From contig OX597815.1 in the NCBI GenBank assembly GCA_951406725.2, positions 181,288,001 to 181,352,000 on the forward strand: 64,000 bases of DNA, in the 5' to 3' direction. The DNA comes from Octopus vulgaris. Its lineage: Eukaryota. Below the pieces are notes generated by a model. That model saw only the letters and a program-made list of their open reading frames with translations. It did not search any database and had not been told where the DNA came from. The position numbers were made by a program, and so were the translations under genes. This document shows, piece after piece, positions 37,228 to 50,257 of this stretch (position 1 is the first letter of the stretch; the number at the start of each line of letters is the position of its first letter).

Positions 37228-37228
<1 letters not shown>
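36642..37228 (+). mobile_element. SINE family A whose head is interrupted by an inverted copy of 35098-35343
   Basis: ggcgca|[36650-36873 insert]|agtagcttgctaaccaacc. Confidence 0.85.
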
Positions 37229-37299
<71 letters not shown>

Positions 37300-37645
37300 G
37301 TTGTAGCTGGAACAAGGGAGACGTGTTCTTGTTTGTCTCCTGTCTAAGCTTGATTTATGTGTTCGCCGCCACAACCTAGTTTAGGCTTAGTAGCCCTTCC
37401 TGTTTGTTTTCACTGTTTTGTTTGTGTTACCCATTTTGACCCTCCGGGAGCAACTGTTTTATCGAAAGCGTACAACAGCCAACAACCGATGAAGAGTCGT
37501 TCTTCATATTGTTTGTTTTGTTTTCCATTTGTGTCTTTCGTTGTTCGAAAGAATAATTCATGTTCCATGTACTCGTACTTCGTAATTTTTTGTTGTTGTA
37601 CACGTTTCATGACGTCCTGTGTCCACATATGCATCATTATTATTA

Positions 37646-37716
<71 letters not shown>

Positions 37717-37719
<3 letters not shown>

Positions 37720-38470
37720 TCGTTTTATTTTTATAGCGTGCTTTCACTTCACTACCGAGCTCAGCTCTGTCTGCCTTGGGTATGTGCTGTGATTTGTTGT
37801 GATGCTCTGATGGTTACTGTATTGAAAGTGTTCCGTGTAGGATGTGTGCAGTGCCTAGTAGTGCAATCTTCTGTATGTTATATGTGTTTGTAAGTCCTGG
37901 TGTTTTTGTTATGTATTTGTCTGCTTTCTCGTTTTCTGTGACCTTTTCTGGTGTGTGCCTATACCATCATTTTTCTGTTGTTATTCCATAATGTTGGCAT
38001 AGCTTCCAGTGTATGTAGGTTCCAACTCTGTCATGTCTGCGAATATATTCCTTCTTAGCCAGGACTGGGCAGCCAGAGATAATATGATTTATTGTTTCTT
38101 GTCCATCTCCACATATTCTGCAGTTACTTGTTATATTTCTTTTCATTTTTTGGTAATTTCTGGTGGGGAAGCTTTGGTCTTGTGCTCCAATTAAAAATCC
38201 TTCTGTCTCTGCTTTGAGTCCCGAGCTTCTCAACCATTGCTGGGATTTTTCTTTGTCTATTTCTTTTGCATTTAGTTTTGTCCAGTATTTGCCATGAAGG
38301 GGCTTTTCTTGCCATCGTTTTATCATGGTTCGTTGCTGGTCTAGTTTTAGTTTGGATTTGATTTGTTTTATAGCTTTTGTTGTTTCTTCATCTTCTTCTT
38401 CTTCATATTTGTTAAGTGGTATGATTTCTTGTTTGTATTTGTCAGCTTCCTTAAATACTGAGAACAGCTA
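37717..38470 (-). mobile_element. Dong/R4-clade non-LTR retrotransposon, 3' part (internally deleted), in (TAA)n
   Basis: WQEKPLHGKY..QDQ..TRNY..CRICGDGQETINHIISGCPVLAKKEYIRRHD (CCHC and RHD motifs), then QKIALLGTAHILR. (TAA)n lies on both flanks, the known Dong target. Confidence 0.9.
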
Positions 38471-38473
38471 TTA

Positions 38474-38544
<71 letters not shown>

Positions 38545-38549
<5 letters not shown>

Positions 38550-38755
38550 GGAATCTTGGGGTTAGTATCCCGCGCTCTTAACCACTACGCCATATGCCCA
38601 CGGGCATATAACATCGAAAAATACCTTAGGAATGAGAACCCAGGTTTGAAATCTCCCCAAGATACCTGATAAAGGCTGGAGGGTATATCAGCTGAAACAT
38701 TGTGTTGATAACAAACAAGATGTTGACAAATATCCGTCAAATGTAAATAATGAGG
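38545..38755. mobile_element. Second locus of the tRNA-head/hammerhead fold-back element
   Basis: Head on the minus strand and centre atatgccc-ac-gggcatat. Body on the plus strand with GATAC-CTGATAA-A-GGCTG..CAGCT-GAAACAT-T-GTGTT at 38661-38706. Confidence 0.8.
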
Positions 38756-39161
38756 TTAATTAATTCGCCTAAAATATTCTTCAAGGCGGTGCCCCAACGT
38801 GACCGCAGTCTAATGATTGAAAGAAGTAAACAATAAAAAGTTTAAAAAAATAATCACATCATCGAAATCTGGAAGCTACGAGATAATGCGTGATTAATCG
38901 CAAACCATGTGGATTAATAAGCATTACAGTTGACAGAGTAATCTGAATGCGAGAGGATTAAAGCAAAGATTCCTAGCGGCTGAACCCAATTTCAAAGCGA
39001 AAGGTTTTTGACCGACGAATCGACAGTTTATTGACATCTTGTGGCCTGTTTAAGTGATTAGAAAAAACCCACTTGTATTGGCTGACAGTTTCTGTCAAGA
39101 CTCCTTTGTTTTCGTCCATCTCAGCAGGGAAGGATAAGGAGAGAGAGAGGGGGGGATTAGT

Positions 39162-39192
<31 letters not shown>

Positions 39193-39361
39193 ACAGAGAG
39201 AGTGGGAGAGATGGGGGTGAGTGATGAGAGAGGTAGATATAGGTTGTGATATTCGCTTCGTAAATGTATCAGATAAATTCTGCGTAACAGAACACGAATA
39301 ACATATACCACTTTATCGTAGAAATAACGAGAAAAACAGATGACACCATGAAGAAATATTG

Positions 39362-39380
39362 ATAATTGTTGTTGCTGTTG

Positions 39381-39455
<75 letters not shown>

Positions 39456-39464
39456 TTACTATTA

Positions 39465-39535
<71 letters not shown>

Positions 39536-39579
39536 TTTAATAATCAAAGTGACACTGGGGTAAAATATACAAATTATTA

Positions 39580-39610
<31 letters not shown>

Positions 39611-39616
39611 TATTAC

Positions 39617-39674
<58 letters not shown>

Positions 39675-39727
39675 TTTAATAATCAAAGTGACACTGGGGT
39701 AAAATATACAAATTATTATTTTTATTA

Positions 39728-39758
<31 letters not shown>

Positions 39759-39764
39759 TATTAC

Positions 39765-39826
<62 letters not shown>

Positions 39827-39987
39827 TATTATTATTATTATTGAGTGAGTGAGAGAGCGGTGCATGCCATCAAAGTGACACTGGGGTAAAATATACAAAG
39901 CCCAGTATACCCATCGTGACTACCTGTCTGATAAGGGCACACCAGGCAATAATTGTTGTTGCTGTTGTTATTATTATTATTATTATT

Positions 39988-40023
<36 letters not shown>

Positions 40024-40043
40024 ATTGTTGTTATTATTATTAC

Positions 40044-40082
<39 letters not shown>
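39362..40082. repeat. (TTA)n/(TTG)n array containing a ~110 bp insert and two ~30 bp partial copies of it
   Basis: atcaaagtgacactggggtaaaatatacaaa at about 39543, 39682 and 39869. Confidence 0.9.
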
Positions 40083-40647
40083 GGCCGTCAGCCTGCCAAA
40101 TTTCGTTTGACCTCGCTCCGTGGATTTTATAATGAAAAAAAAACACATAAAGTGTATTTGCACCCTTTAAATTTGTACCACCGTGGACAACAGGTTAATT
40201 ACTGTCGAACAGTGAGTTTATTTTCCTGTTTTGTCTCCCAGTTTCGGGGAACAGGCTAATTGATTTTGTCTTTCAGTTAGAGTTATTCACATTTCCCCTA
40301 CCAACATGGAGAAAATACATCAAAACACAGTGACGTTCATATGTGAGAGGGAGAGAGGGAGAGAGTGAGGAACGTCACCAAATGTCAATAGAGAGAGTGC
40401 GAGTGTGGGAAAAGCCTTAAAAGAAAAAAATAGACGACAACTGTATTTTTGCTGAAAGAAAGAATAAAAAAAGACAGCAGGGCCAGGAAAAACAACGGTT
40501 CCGTTTTCGACAACATTATGCGAAATAAAAACGGCAATTTCGTAAATGTAAACAATGAGAGCCATTTCGTGAACGAAGCAACGGACGGTGCGAGTACAAG
40601 GAACAGCAACAACATCAACATCAGCAGCACCATCAACAACAACAATG

Positions 40648-41269
40648 CTTTTCTACTCTAGGCACAAGGCCCGCAATTTTAGGGGGAGGGTGTCAGTATA
40701 TTAGATTGACCCCAGTACGCAACTGGTACTTAATTCATCGACTCCGAAAGGATGAAAGGCAAAGTCGACCTCGACGGAATTTGATCTCAGAATGTAACGG
40801 CAGACGAAATACCTATTTCTTTATTACCCACAAGGGGCTAAACATAGAGGAGACAGACATAGGTATTAAGTCAATTACATCGACCCCAGTGCATAACTGG
40901 TACTTAATTTATCGACCCCGAAAGGATGAAAGGCAAAGTCGACCTCGGCGGAATTTGAACTCAGAACGTAACGCAGACGAAATACCGCTAAGCATTTCGC
41001 CCGGCGTGTTAACGATTCTTCCAGCTCACCGCCTTAAATATTCTTTTCTACTCTAGGCACAAGGCCCGCAATTTATTATTTTTTTTGTTGGAGGTGGGGG
41101 GGTTCAATTAGATCGACTCCAGTACGCAACTGGTACTTAATTTATCGACCCCGAAAGGATGAAAGGTAAAGTCGACCTCGGCAGAATTTGAACTCAGAGT
41201 GTAAAGACAGACGAAATACTGCTAAGCATTTCGCCCGGCGTGCTAACGTTTCTGCCAACTCACCGCCTT
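40648..41269 (-). mobile_element. SINE family B, two tandem headed copies sharing one TSD
   Basis: Flanked by atcaacaacaacaa on both sides. Confidence 0.85.
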
Positions 41270-41508
41270 ATCAACAACAACAACGATTGTAAAGGTGACA
41301 ACAACGGCAACAACAACAATGATAAAATCACCGAAGGAAGCGAGTAACAAACCAGTGTAACGGCTTGGAATGGTTCTGAGCCTTCTTTCGCTGGAATGGC
41401 CAAGTCATCTCTCCAGAGAATACAATTCTCTGAAGAGGAACTTAAAGATACCAGACACCTTAGTCGAGAGAGGTAAAGCTAAATGGCCCACCTGAGACAA
41501 TCCAGGAT

Positions 41509-42232
41509 ATGATACACCGCACAGTGACGTACCGTGCATTCGTTTTCAAATCAAGGAGGGTGGAAAGAGTCACAGAGACACAAATACAAAGATCTTTAGG
41601 TTCCGTCTGGAGTCTAAATGGACATATACAAAAAGGACGGGTCTATGGAATGGTGGGCATGAGATTCCAAACCGAAGAAGAAGCCAAATTCCACTCTTTG
41701 CGAGGAACTGTTGGTTCCTTTCTACCGCGGCCAGAGACTGACCAAAATCATCATTCAACAAGTGCCACCAGAAATAGCTATTCCTTGGCTAATTGCTGCA
41801 GTGACGATAGACCTCGAGGAAAACTCGAAAAACCTCGAAGCCTCTCAGAACAAAAAGGAGTTCTGGTCTGGGATGACCATAGAACTCATCATACAAACGA
41901 CTCAAAGGAACGTGGATCTCATCCCGGACCTGATCCTTCTTCATGGAGGCAGTATAATTCCAGTCATGGTAGATGGGAGGAAAGCAAAGTGCCACATTTG
42001 CTTTTCAACTAATCACTTAAAAGCCTTCTGCCCTAGATTAAAGGAAAATGAGAGACGGGCATCTCCCCTCGCTATACCTACAACAGCCACCAGAACTCTA
42101 GCGACAGCAACAGCACCACCACCAGCAGATTCAGCCGTGGCAGCACCAACATCAACACCAACAACCATACCGACTCCGAGTTTCTCCAAACAATTCTCAG
42201 CGCCTGAAGATACACCACTTCCCGATGCGTAG
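41509..42232 (+). mobile_element. LINE ORF1 (gag-like, L1/Tx1-type) with CCHC zinc knuckle, frameshifted near 41700
   Basis: IPVMVDGRKAKCHICFSTNHLKAFCP (CX2CX4HX4C), preceded by RRM-like segments and followed by a Pro/Thr-rich tail. No ORF2 follows. Confidence 0.7.
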
Positions 42233-42528
42233 CGGGTGGACATCACGGGTGGAGAGACGGACCGCGATGAGGAGTGGAAGTTGAAAACTAAGAAAGGGAA
42301 AAGAGACAGAAGAAAAAACAACAAACATATGGACAAACAACAACATTACTCATCCACATAAGAAGTACAGATAAAAAAATTAAACCAACAAAAAAAAATA
42401 CACCCAAAATAAACACTGCATCGACGCCACCACCTCTAACACCTGACACACAGGCTACCCCACACACGTAACCACAACAACAACAATCACAACCACAACT
42501 ACCAACATAACAACCTCAGCAACAAGTG

Positions 42529-42712
42529 GAGGCGCAATGGCCCAGTGGAAAGGGTAGCGGACTCGCGGTCATAAGAATGCGGTTTCGATTCCCCGACCGG
42601 CCATTGTGAGTATTTATTGAGCAAAAACACCGAAGCTCCACGAGGCTCCGGTTGGGAGGGGTGAACCCCGCTGTACTCTTTCGCCACAACTTTCTCTCAC
42701 TCTTTCCTCCTA
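42529..42712 (+). mobile_element. tRNA-derived SINE family C
   Basis: Homologous to 17590-17770. Confidence 0.8.
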
Positions 42713-43079
42713 CTTCTGCCACAAATCAGAGGAACCATGGTGTAACCCACTATGGTGTGGTAAACTTTCAGACCCTAGTCTAGATTGCGAATCCTCTGTA
42801 TCGCAGAGATTACATTTTGTGGCTAAAAGCGTGAGACCTGATTGGAAGAAGAAGAAGAAGAAGCAGAAGAAGAAGAAGAAGAAGAAGAAGAAGAAAAAGA
42901 AGACCACAATAATAACAACAAACACAAATTAGAGACACTAACATTACAAACTACATGGCAATAAGCACAAAAAAATGATGAATTAATGAAGCACATAATA
43001 ACACAAACATTAAACCGAAAGAGTTTGTCGCAGTCACAGTCTTCCTGCCTACACACACAAATCATTCAAACAACGTAAG

Positions 43080-43268
43080 ACATCATTTACATTTGACGGA
43101 TATTTTCCCTCATCTTGTCTGTTGTTCACACAACGTTTCGGCTGATATACCCTCCAGCCTTCATCACAGACATATGGCGTAGTGGTTAAGAGCGCGGTCT
43201 ACTAACCCCAAGACTCCAACTTCGATTCCAGGCAGTGACCTGAATAATCATAATAATAATAATAATAA
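43080..43268. mobile_element. Third locus of the tRNA-head/hammerhead fold-back element
   Basis: Body and hammerhead on the minus strand (43127-43166, cut at the first core base) are fused to a complete plus-strand head tggcgtagtgg..cttcgattcc and (AAT)n. Confidence 0.8.
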
Positions 43269-43271
43269 TAA

Positions 43272-43467
43272 TACATAACAAAAACACCAGGACTTACAAA
43301 CACATATAACATACAGAAAATTGCACTACTAGGCACTGCACACATCCTACGCAGAACACTTTCCAAACAATAACCATCAGAGCATCACAACAAATCACAG
43401 CACATACCCAAGGCACACAGAGCTGAGCTCGGTAGTGAAGTGAAAGCACACTATAAAAATAAAACCA

Positions 43468-43472
<5 letters not shown>
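43272..43472 (+). mobile_element. Dong/R4 3' end in (TAA)n
   Basis: TPGLTNTYNIQKIALLGTAHILRRTLS plus a 3' UTR nearly identical to the reverse complement of 37717-37910. Confidence 0.85.
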
Positions 43473-43536
<64 letters not shown>

Positions 43537-43637
43537 TCGTAATTTGTTCCTAGTAAATATATTTATAAAATTTATAATCCTGTGTATTTCAGCTGTAGTT
43601 TGTGGGCTGATAGCGGAGTACTTGAAATTAAGTGTAA

Positions 43638-43682
<45 letters not shown>

Positions 43683-43685
<3 letters not shown>

Positions 43686-43800
43686 GAAGGGCTTCTTTCA
43701 GTTTCCATATACCAGATCCACTCACAAGGCTTTGATCGGCTCGATGCTTGTCACTTGCCCAAGGTGCGACATAGTGGGACTGAACCCTGGACCATGTGTG

Positions 43801-43893
<93 letters not shown>

Positions 43894-44165
43894 ATATAAA
43901 TAATTGTATATATATATACTATATTTGCTCCAGATCCTCGCGTTGTTGTGTTTTTTTGTGTCTTCTTGTTTGGATTAACTATATATATATATATATATAT
44001 ACGACAGATTTCTTTCAGTTTCTGTCTAGCAAATCCACTCACAAGGCTTTGGTCGACCCGTGGCTATTGTACTTAGACACATTCCTAAAGTGCCATGAAA
44101 TGGGACTGAATCCGGAACCATGTGGTCGGAAAGCAAGGTTTTTGCAACGCAGCCACGCCTGCGCC
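43683..44165 (-). mobile_element. Two 5' fragments of SINE family A separated by microsatellites
   Basis: cttctttcagtttcc..ccactcacaaggctttg..gggactgaacc at about 43690 and 44010. Confidence 0.75.
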
Positions 44166-44346
44166 TACACATTTTCTCTTAATTTCATTATCACTTGATG
44201 TCGTTTTAAGGATTGTCAAAGGACTGATTCAGAAAAACAGACAATCTCTGTACACGATGACATGAGGACGATTGTGATCAAAAGCGAGTCCTCTTAATGC
44301 CACAACAAAACAAATACGATACTGTCCAGTCCACACGCACACACGC

Positions 44347-44397
<51 letters not shown>

Positions 44398-45002
44398 AAC
44401 AAACAAACAAACAAACAAACATACACATACACGCACACACAGCCATAGAAACATACACACTCTCTCACACACACACATCTCTGTACTGAAAAGTTAAATT
44501 AAAACTAGAACAGGAAGCCCTTGGGTTACACTCGAAATGCTAGAAATAACAGCGAAATATCCTCTGCATCACAGCCTACCATCCTAAAAATGCGAACGAC
44601 ATCCGTTTTCGCTTTTATTATCTTACTCATTCTGTAACCATTTCTGTAGCCTGATTTCTCCATATTTCTCAAAGCTGTTGCCTTCTCAAGCTTGTTTCAC
44701 GCATCGTTTCTTTCTCTCATTAAAATGTTCGAGGGAACAATTTTTCCCTATCCTCACCCCAATCCTCCCGCCTCTCTCTCTTTGCCTCACACACACACAC
44801 AAAAGTGTACGGTAAATAGGAATCCCGGTTAATAAAGTTCTTTAAACCGAGTGTGTGTGTGTGTGTGTTTAAACTTGCTCTCATGGAGTAGGTGTGTGCA
44901 TGAAATTTTAATACACAAGCGTGTAGCCTTCGTTACCATATACCCGCTTATGTATGTGTGCGCATGTGTATACACACCTACCATATATATAAATATATAT
45001 AA

Positions 45003-45070
<68 letters not shown>

Positions 45071-45074
45071 CTCT

Positions 45075-45486
45075 CTCTCTTTTACTCTTTTACTTGTTTC
45101 AGTCATTTGACTGTGGCCATGCTGGAGCACCACTTTTTAGTCGAGCAAATCGACCCCAGGACTTATTCTTTGTAAGCCTCGTACTTATTCTATCGGTCTC
45201 TTTTGCCGAACCGCTAAGTTACGGGGACGTAAACACACCAGCATCGGTTGTCAAGCGATGTTGGAGGGACAAACACAGACACACAAACATATACACATAC
45301 ACATACATATATATGCATATATACGACGGGCTTCTTTCAGTTTCTGTCTACCAAATCCATTCACAAGGCTTTGGTCGGCCCGAGGCTATAGTAGAAGACA
45401 CTTGCCTAAGATGCCACGCAGTGGGACTGAACCCGGAACCATGTGGTTCGTAAGCAAGCTACTTACCATACAGCCACTCCTACGCC
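45075..45486 (-). mobile_element. SINE family A, full length
   Basis: Reverse complement of family A. Confidence 0.9.
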
Positions 45487-45556
45487 ATATATATATATAT
45501 ATATATATATAATAACAGTTTAATAAATAAAATATATCCATACATACATACATATA

Positions 45557-45588
45557 TGTACGTACCTACATCTATATGTATATATACA

Positions 45589-45639
<51 letters not shown>

Positions 45640-45985
45640 TACAGGACACCACAAATAAACGTAGAACACAACGAGAAACGAAAACATAAAAACAATCTAG
45701 GAAACGGACTTTTTTTAAACAACGAAAAAACAGAGTACAAGACAAACAATACAAGGAATATTCTCCTTCATCAGCTGCCCCTGGTTCGACTCAATGCGTG
45801 TTTCGAAGGTAAGGACAGAACACGATCCGGTCGAAGCAATCCTTCCTGCAAAATGAATTAAATAAAATTCTTTTGCAGAGGGGTAAAACAAGGAGAGAAA
45901 GAAAGTGACAAGAACAGGACGTAAAAGCAATACAAATAAAAATACAGTACATATAAAGAATAAAAACAGGACAATGAAACCAACA
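45557..45985 (-). mobile_element. (TA)n-embedded dispersed repeat, family E
   Basis: Colinear with 1582-1960. Confidence 0.65.
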
Positions 45986-46140
45986 TTGAGGGATTTTTTA
46001 AAGTTTAGACGATGGAAAAATTCGGAGTGCAATTTAGAATCGACTTTCTAGAGACAGAAAAAGTCGATGTTGACTTGTAGAAAGCTACGAGCACGAGCAA
46101 AAGAAAGTTAGAAGTCCACTGCTCCGAATTTTTCCATCGT

Positions 46141-46215
<75 letters not shown>

Positions 46216-46223
46216 TAGATAGA

Positions 46224-46410
46224 TAGGCGCAAGTGTGACTGTGTGGTAAGTAGCTTGTTTACCAACCACATGGTTCCGGGTTCAGTCCGACTGCGTGGCA
46301 CCTTCGGCAAGTGGCTTTTACTATAGCCTCGGCTCGACCAAAGCTTTGTGAGGGGATTCGGTAGACGGAAACTGGAAGAAGTCCATCGTATATATATATA
46401 TTTATATATA

Positions 46411-46446
<36 letters not shown>

Positions 46447-46456
46447 TGTATGTATG

Positions 46457-46555
<99 letters not shown>

Positions 46556-46760
46556 TTGTGTGTCTTTGTTTATCCCCCCCACTATAGCTTGGCAACCGAA
46601 GTTGGTGTGTTTATGTCCCCATAACTTAGCCGTTTGACAAAAGAGGCCGAAAGAATAAGTACTAGGCTTTTACAAAGAATAAGTCCGGGGGTCGATTCGT
46701 TCGACTAAAGGCGGTGCTCCAACATGGCCACACTCAAGACAACTGAAATGAGCAAAGAAA
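46224..46760 (+). mobile_element. SINE family A with ~170 bp internal microsatellite
   Basis: Head ggcgcaagtgtgactgtgtgg through to tail ggcggtgctccaacatggcc. Confidence 0.85.
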
Positions 46761-47114
46761 ATTTTTTAAATATATATATACACACACACACACACATACA
46801 CACATGGAGGGAGAGAAAGAAAAAACGGACAGGGAGAGAAGAAAGGGCACGCTCTTAGATGGTTGATGAGAAAGTTGGCACATTCCCATAACCGTTGTTT
46901 TGTTTGGGGCTCCCTCCAAGAGATGTTGAGCCCTGCACGTATTTGGGCGGATTAGAACAGACCATGTCACAATTCCGTGATATGCAGGGTTAAACCCAAT
47001 CAAGATATTTCACAAATGTGACATTCCCATGATTTGGAGTCAGCGCTGTCACATCTACTTCGTAGAGTATCCGCAGCGGAAGCAACATGGCCATTATTTC
47101 CTCCACCTTCACTG

Positions 47115-47153
<39 letters not shown>

Positions 47154-48780
47154 GCAGCAGCACTACCAATAATACTTTTTATAAGGCTGCAGAAACCCGC
47201 AGCTACTACATTCACCATCAGAACTGCTGCAGCCAGTAATTGATGCCAACCTACTCTGAGAAGCACTGGCAGCACGTAATGTATGTAACCCTCGATGTGG
47301 TCTGACGCTAGGACTGCTAGAAATGGCAGTTAAGTATTTCTATAATCGCATCGTATTGTAACTTCCTTCTTTTAAAAAAATTTTTTTTCGAGGCATCATC
47401 CAGTCAAGTTGATTGCCCGGGCCGCAAATTTTTTTTCCAACGAGAGTTCCGGACCCCAGTAATGAAATCATGAACGCACGGCTCCATGAACGGCTGCGGA
47501 TCGATAGTCGTCTCTAGTATTTTCCCTGCGAGAGTCGGAACCCTTTGATTGCTACCCCGGTATGGCTATGGCTAACAGTGGTGTGGTACCGCATAGGACC
47601 CCGTCTGGAGACCCGCTTGTCCACACATGATGCCCGACCCCCTAGGGCGGCGCGAGGCTCCATAAATCAGAGCAGAACTACTTTTACTCTTTCTAGTCAG
47701 TACCGTGCATTCCTTACTATTTTCCTCTCTACTGACAGACAGCAACTTCTCCGTGTTCTAACTACCTGTCGGGCAAACGAATAAATATATGTAAATAATA
47801 TTTCTTCCTTCTTGGTGTTGATCCTTCGATGTTCACTGGTCACTCCGACATTGGCACAATAATATACTTGCCCAAATTGAATTGCTGGAGTTATTCCACT
47901 TTTTCCAGAAAAATGTTTTAAAAAGATATAGAGCTTTAAAGTCTGAACATTTTCCCCCATTCAGGCGATAAGATAAGGTCACTTGGTTAAGGAATAACCA
48001 TGCTTCTTTTGTATTATTGCTCTGGTTCTTGTTCCAACCATGGCCGCCTCTGCGTAGTTATTTGTGCTGTTGTTTACTTTGTAAAACAGTAATGGCCCGA
48101 TTTGAATTTTTTCTTCTACGGAAGGAAGAGCAAGCCTTCTTCTATCATACTCTCAGTTTTGGTCAACTTGCGTCGCAGGGTCTCGGAGGAGATAGTGTTA
48201 GTTGAAGGCTGCCAAACCTGCCATACGCAGACAGCTTCAGCTTTATATATAGAGAGATTGTATAAGTTACGGCGTAAGTGTTACGATGCAACTGAAAGAT
48301 GCAGCAACATTGTAAAATGTAAATATTGACGAGTATTTCCTTGTTTTACAACACCGAGAACTATTTAGTTGTATGGTTTTATCTATAAATACCTAAGTAA
48401 ATTTGGCTACACCCACTAGACATGAAAATTGTTGCTTCAATTAATGCTTCTTGGAGGAGGGCATATTTGAAAAATACTGCTACTTTCAGTGAAAGAGTAA
48501 CAACCAATTATAAAAATTAAGAAAAGAAAACCAAAAGTTTTATTGGAACTCTTCCAAGAACAACAACATTGCATACTTTCAGTGCACCGTATAGCATCAC
48601 TCTACATACCAGCAGTTTATTGTATTGCTCAAACGTATACACATGCTACGTTCGTGTATACAGAAACTATACAGCATTCTTCTGCATTCAAATTTGAATC
48701 TGCCTGATTTCCAGACAACTTAAAACCCACTACTAATAAAGAGTGACGGTTTGGCTGCTTATCTAACTTCAATCCACAAC

Positions 48781-49369
48781 CTATTTCTTTACTACTCACA
48801 AGGGGCTAAACACACAGAGGACAGACAAACGGATTAAGTCGATTATATCGACCCCACTGCGTAACTGGTCCTTAATTTATCGACCCCGAAAGGATGAAAG
48901 GCAACATCGACCTCGGCGGAATTTGAACTCAGAACGTAGCGGCAGACGAAATACCTATTTCTTTACTATCCACAAGGGGCTAAACACAGAAGGGACAAAC
49001 AAGGACAGACAAACGGATTAAGTCGATTACATCGACCCCAGTGCGTAACTGGTCCTTAATTTGTCGACCCCGAAAGGATGAAAGGCAACATCGACCTCAG
49101 CGGAATTTAAACTCAACGTAGCGGCAGACGAAATACCTATTTCTTTACTATCCACAAGGGGCTAAACACAGAAGGGACAAACAAGGACAGACAAACGGAT
49201 TAAGTCGATTATATCGACCCCAGTGCATAACTGGTCCTTAATTTATCGACCCCGAAAGGATGAAAAGCAAAGTCGACCTCGGCGGAATTTGAACTCAGAA
49301 CGTAGCGGCGGACGAAATACCGCTAAGCGTTTCGCCCGGCGTGCTAACAATTCTGCCAATTCGCCGCCT
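48781..49369 (-). mobile_element. SINE family B trimer with TSD
   Basis: Flanked by ttcaatccacaaccta and ttcaacccacaaccta. Confidence 0.9.
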
Positions 49370-49530
49370 TTTCAACCCACAACCTACTGTCTTAGAAATG
49401 GAAGAACTTGTTTGCTAATGTTGTCCTAGAAAGAAAAAAAAAGATGGAAGTGACATAGCTGGAATGCTTATGATCACAGGTCTTAAGTGTCCACCGGGAT
49501 TGACCTGCAGCTCAACAATAACAATGATTT

Positions 49531-49587
<57 letters not shown>

Positions 49588-49874
49588 ATACTGCTGCTGC
49601 TGCTGTTGCTGCTACTGCATCTGCTGCTGCCGCCACCATCTATTATTTCTATTATCTGCACATTTCTATTATTGGCACAAAGCCAATAATTTGGAGGGCG
49701 GGGAGGATAATCGTTTACTGCGACCCCATTGCTTGACTGGTACTTATTTTATCGATCACGAAAGGACGAACTGTACAGTCAACTTCTGCGGAATTTGAAC
49801 TTAGAATGTAAAGCCGGAAGAAATGTCATAAGGAATTTTGTCCGGCGTAGTAACTATTCTGCTGACTCGACGGT

Positions 49875-50257
49875 AAATTGGCAGCTTCCACTTTATGGAT
49901 GGTGTCGTCATCAATAGCGGATTGTGGTCGTCCAGGAATAGGAGCAGTCTCCACCGATGTCCGACCACATTTGAACTGGCGATGCCAGTGCTTGACTACG
50001 TCGTCACCATAAACTTCTTTCATCTCATCGAAAGTCTCTTTTGGTGTATGACCTTTCAAGTATAAGAACCTGATCAACTGCCTCCATTCTAACACCTTAG
50101 TCCGCTTCAGCAGCCGTAAAAGACAAACGAATACAAGTGGAAAGCTGCAATTTACAATGTGACATGTAGTGACATGTGTAATTATATCTGTACAAGCTCC
50201 GTTTCCTGTAATAACCGGTAGAGGGCGAAGGGAAATTTTTAATGAACACCGCTCGTA
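49875..50257 (-). mobile_element. mariner element 5' end (TIR and HTH region)
   Basis: EWRQLIRFLYLKGHTPKETFDEMKEVYGDD-VVKHWHRQFKCGRTSVETAPIPGRP. TIR is ta|cgagcggtgttcattaaaaatttccc on the minus strand. Confidence 0.85.

Noticed and set aside
40449-40661. Asn-rich ORF interrupted by a SINE
   Set aside because: Largely (AAC)n low complexity with no splice or homology evidence, so it cannot be supported as an exon.
40706-41056. Recurrent peptide RNWYLIYRPRKDERQSRPRRNLNSE suggesting a gene family
   Set aside because: It is the antisense translation of SINE family B.
43170-43243. tRNA gene (also considered at 17590, 32318-32393, 42529 and 56730)
   Set aside because: A/B boxes are present, but the acceptor and T stems pair poorly and each is fused to a repeat body. 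These are tRNA-derived heads.
47790-48330. Coding-like stretch
   Set aside because: Short broken frames with no motif I can recognise. Insufficient support.
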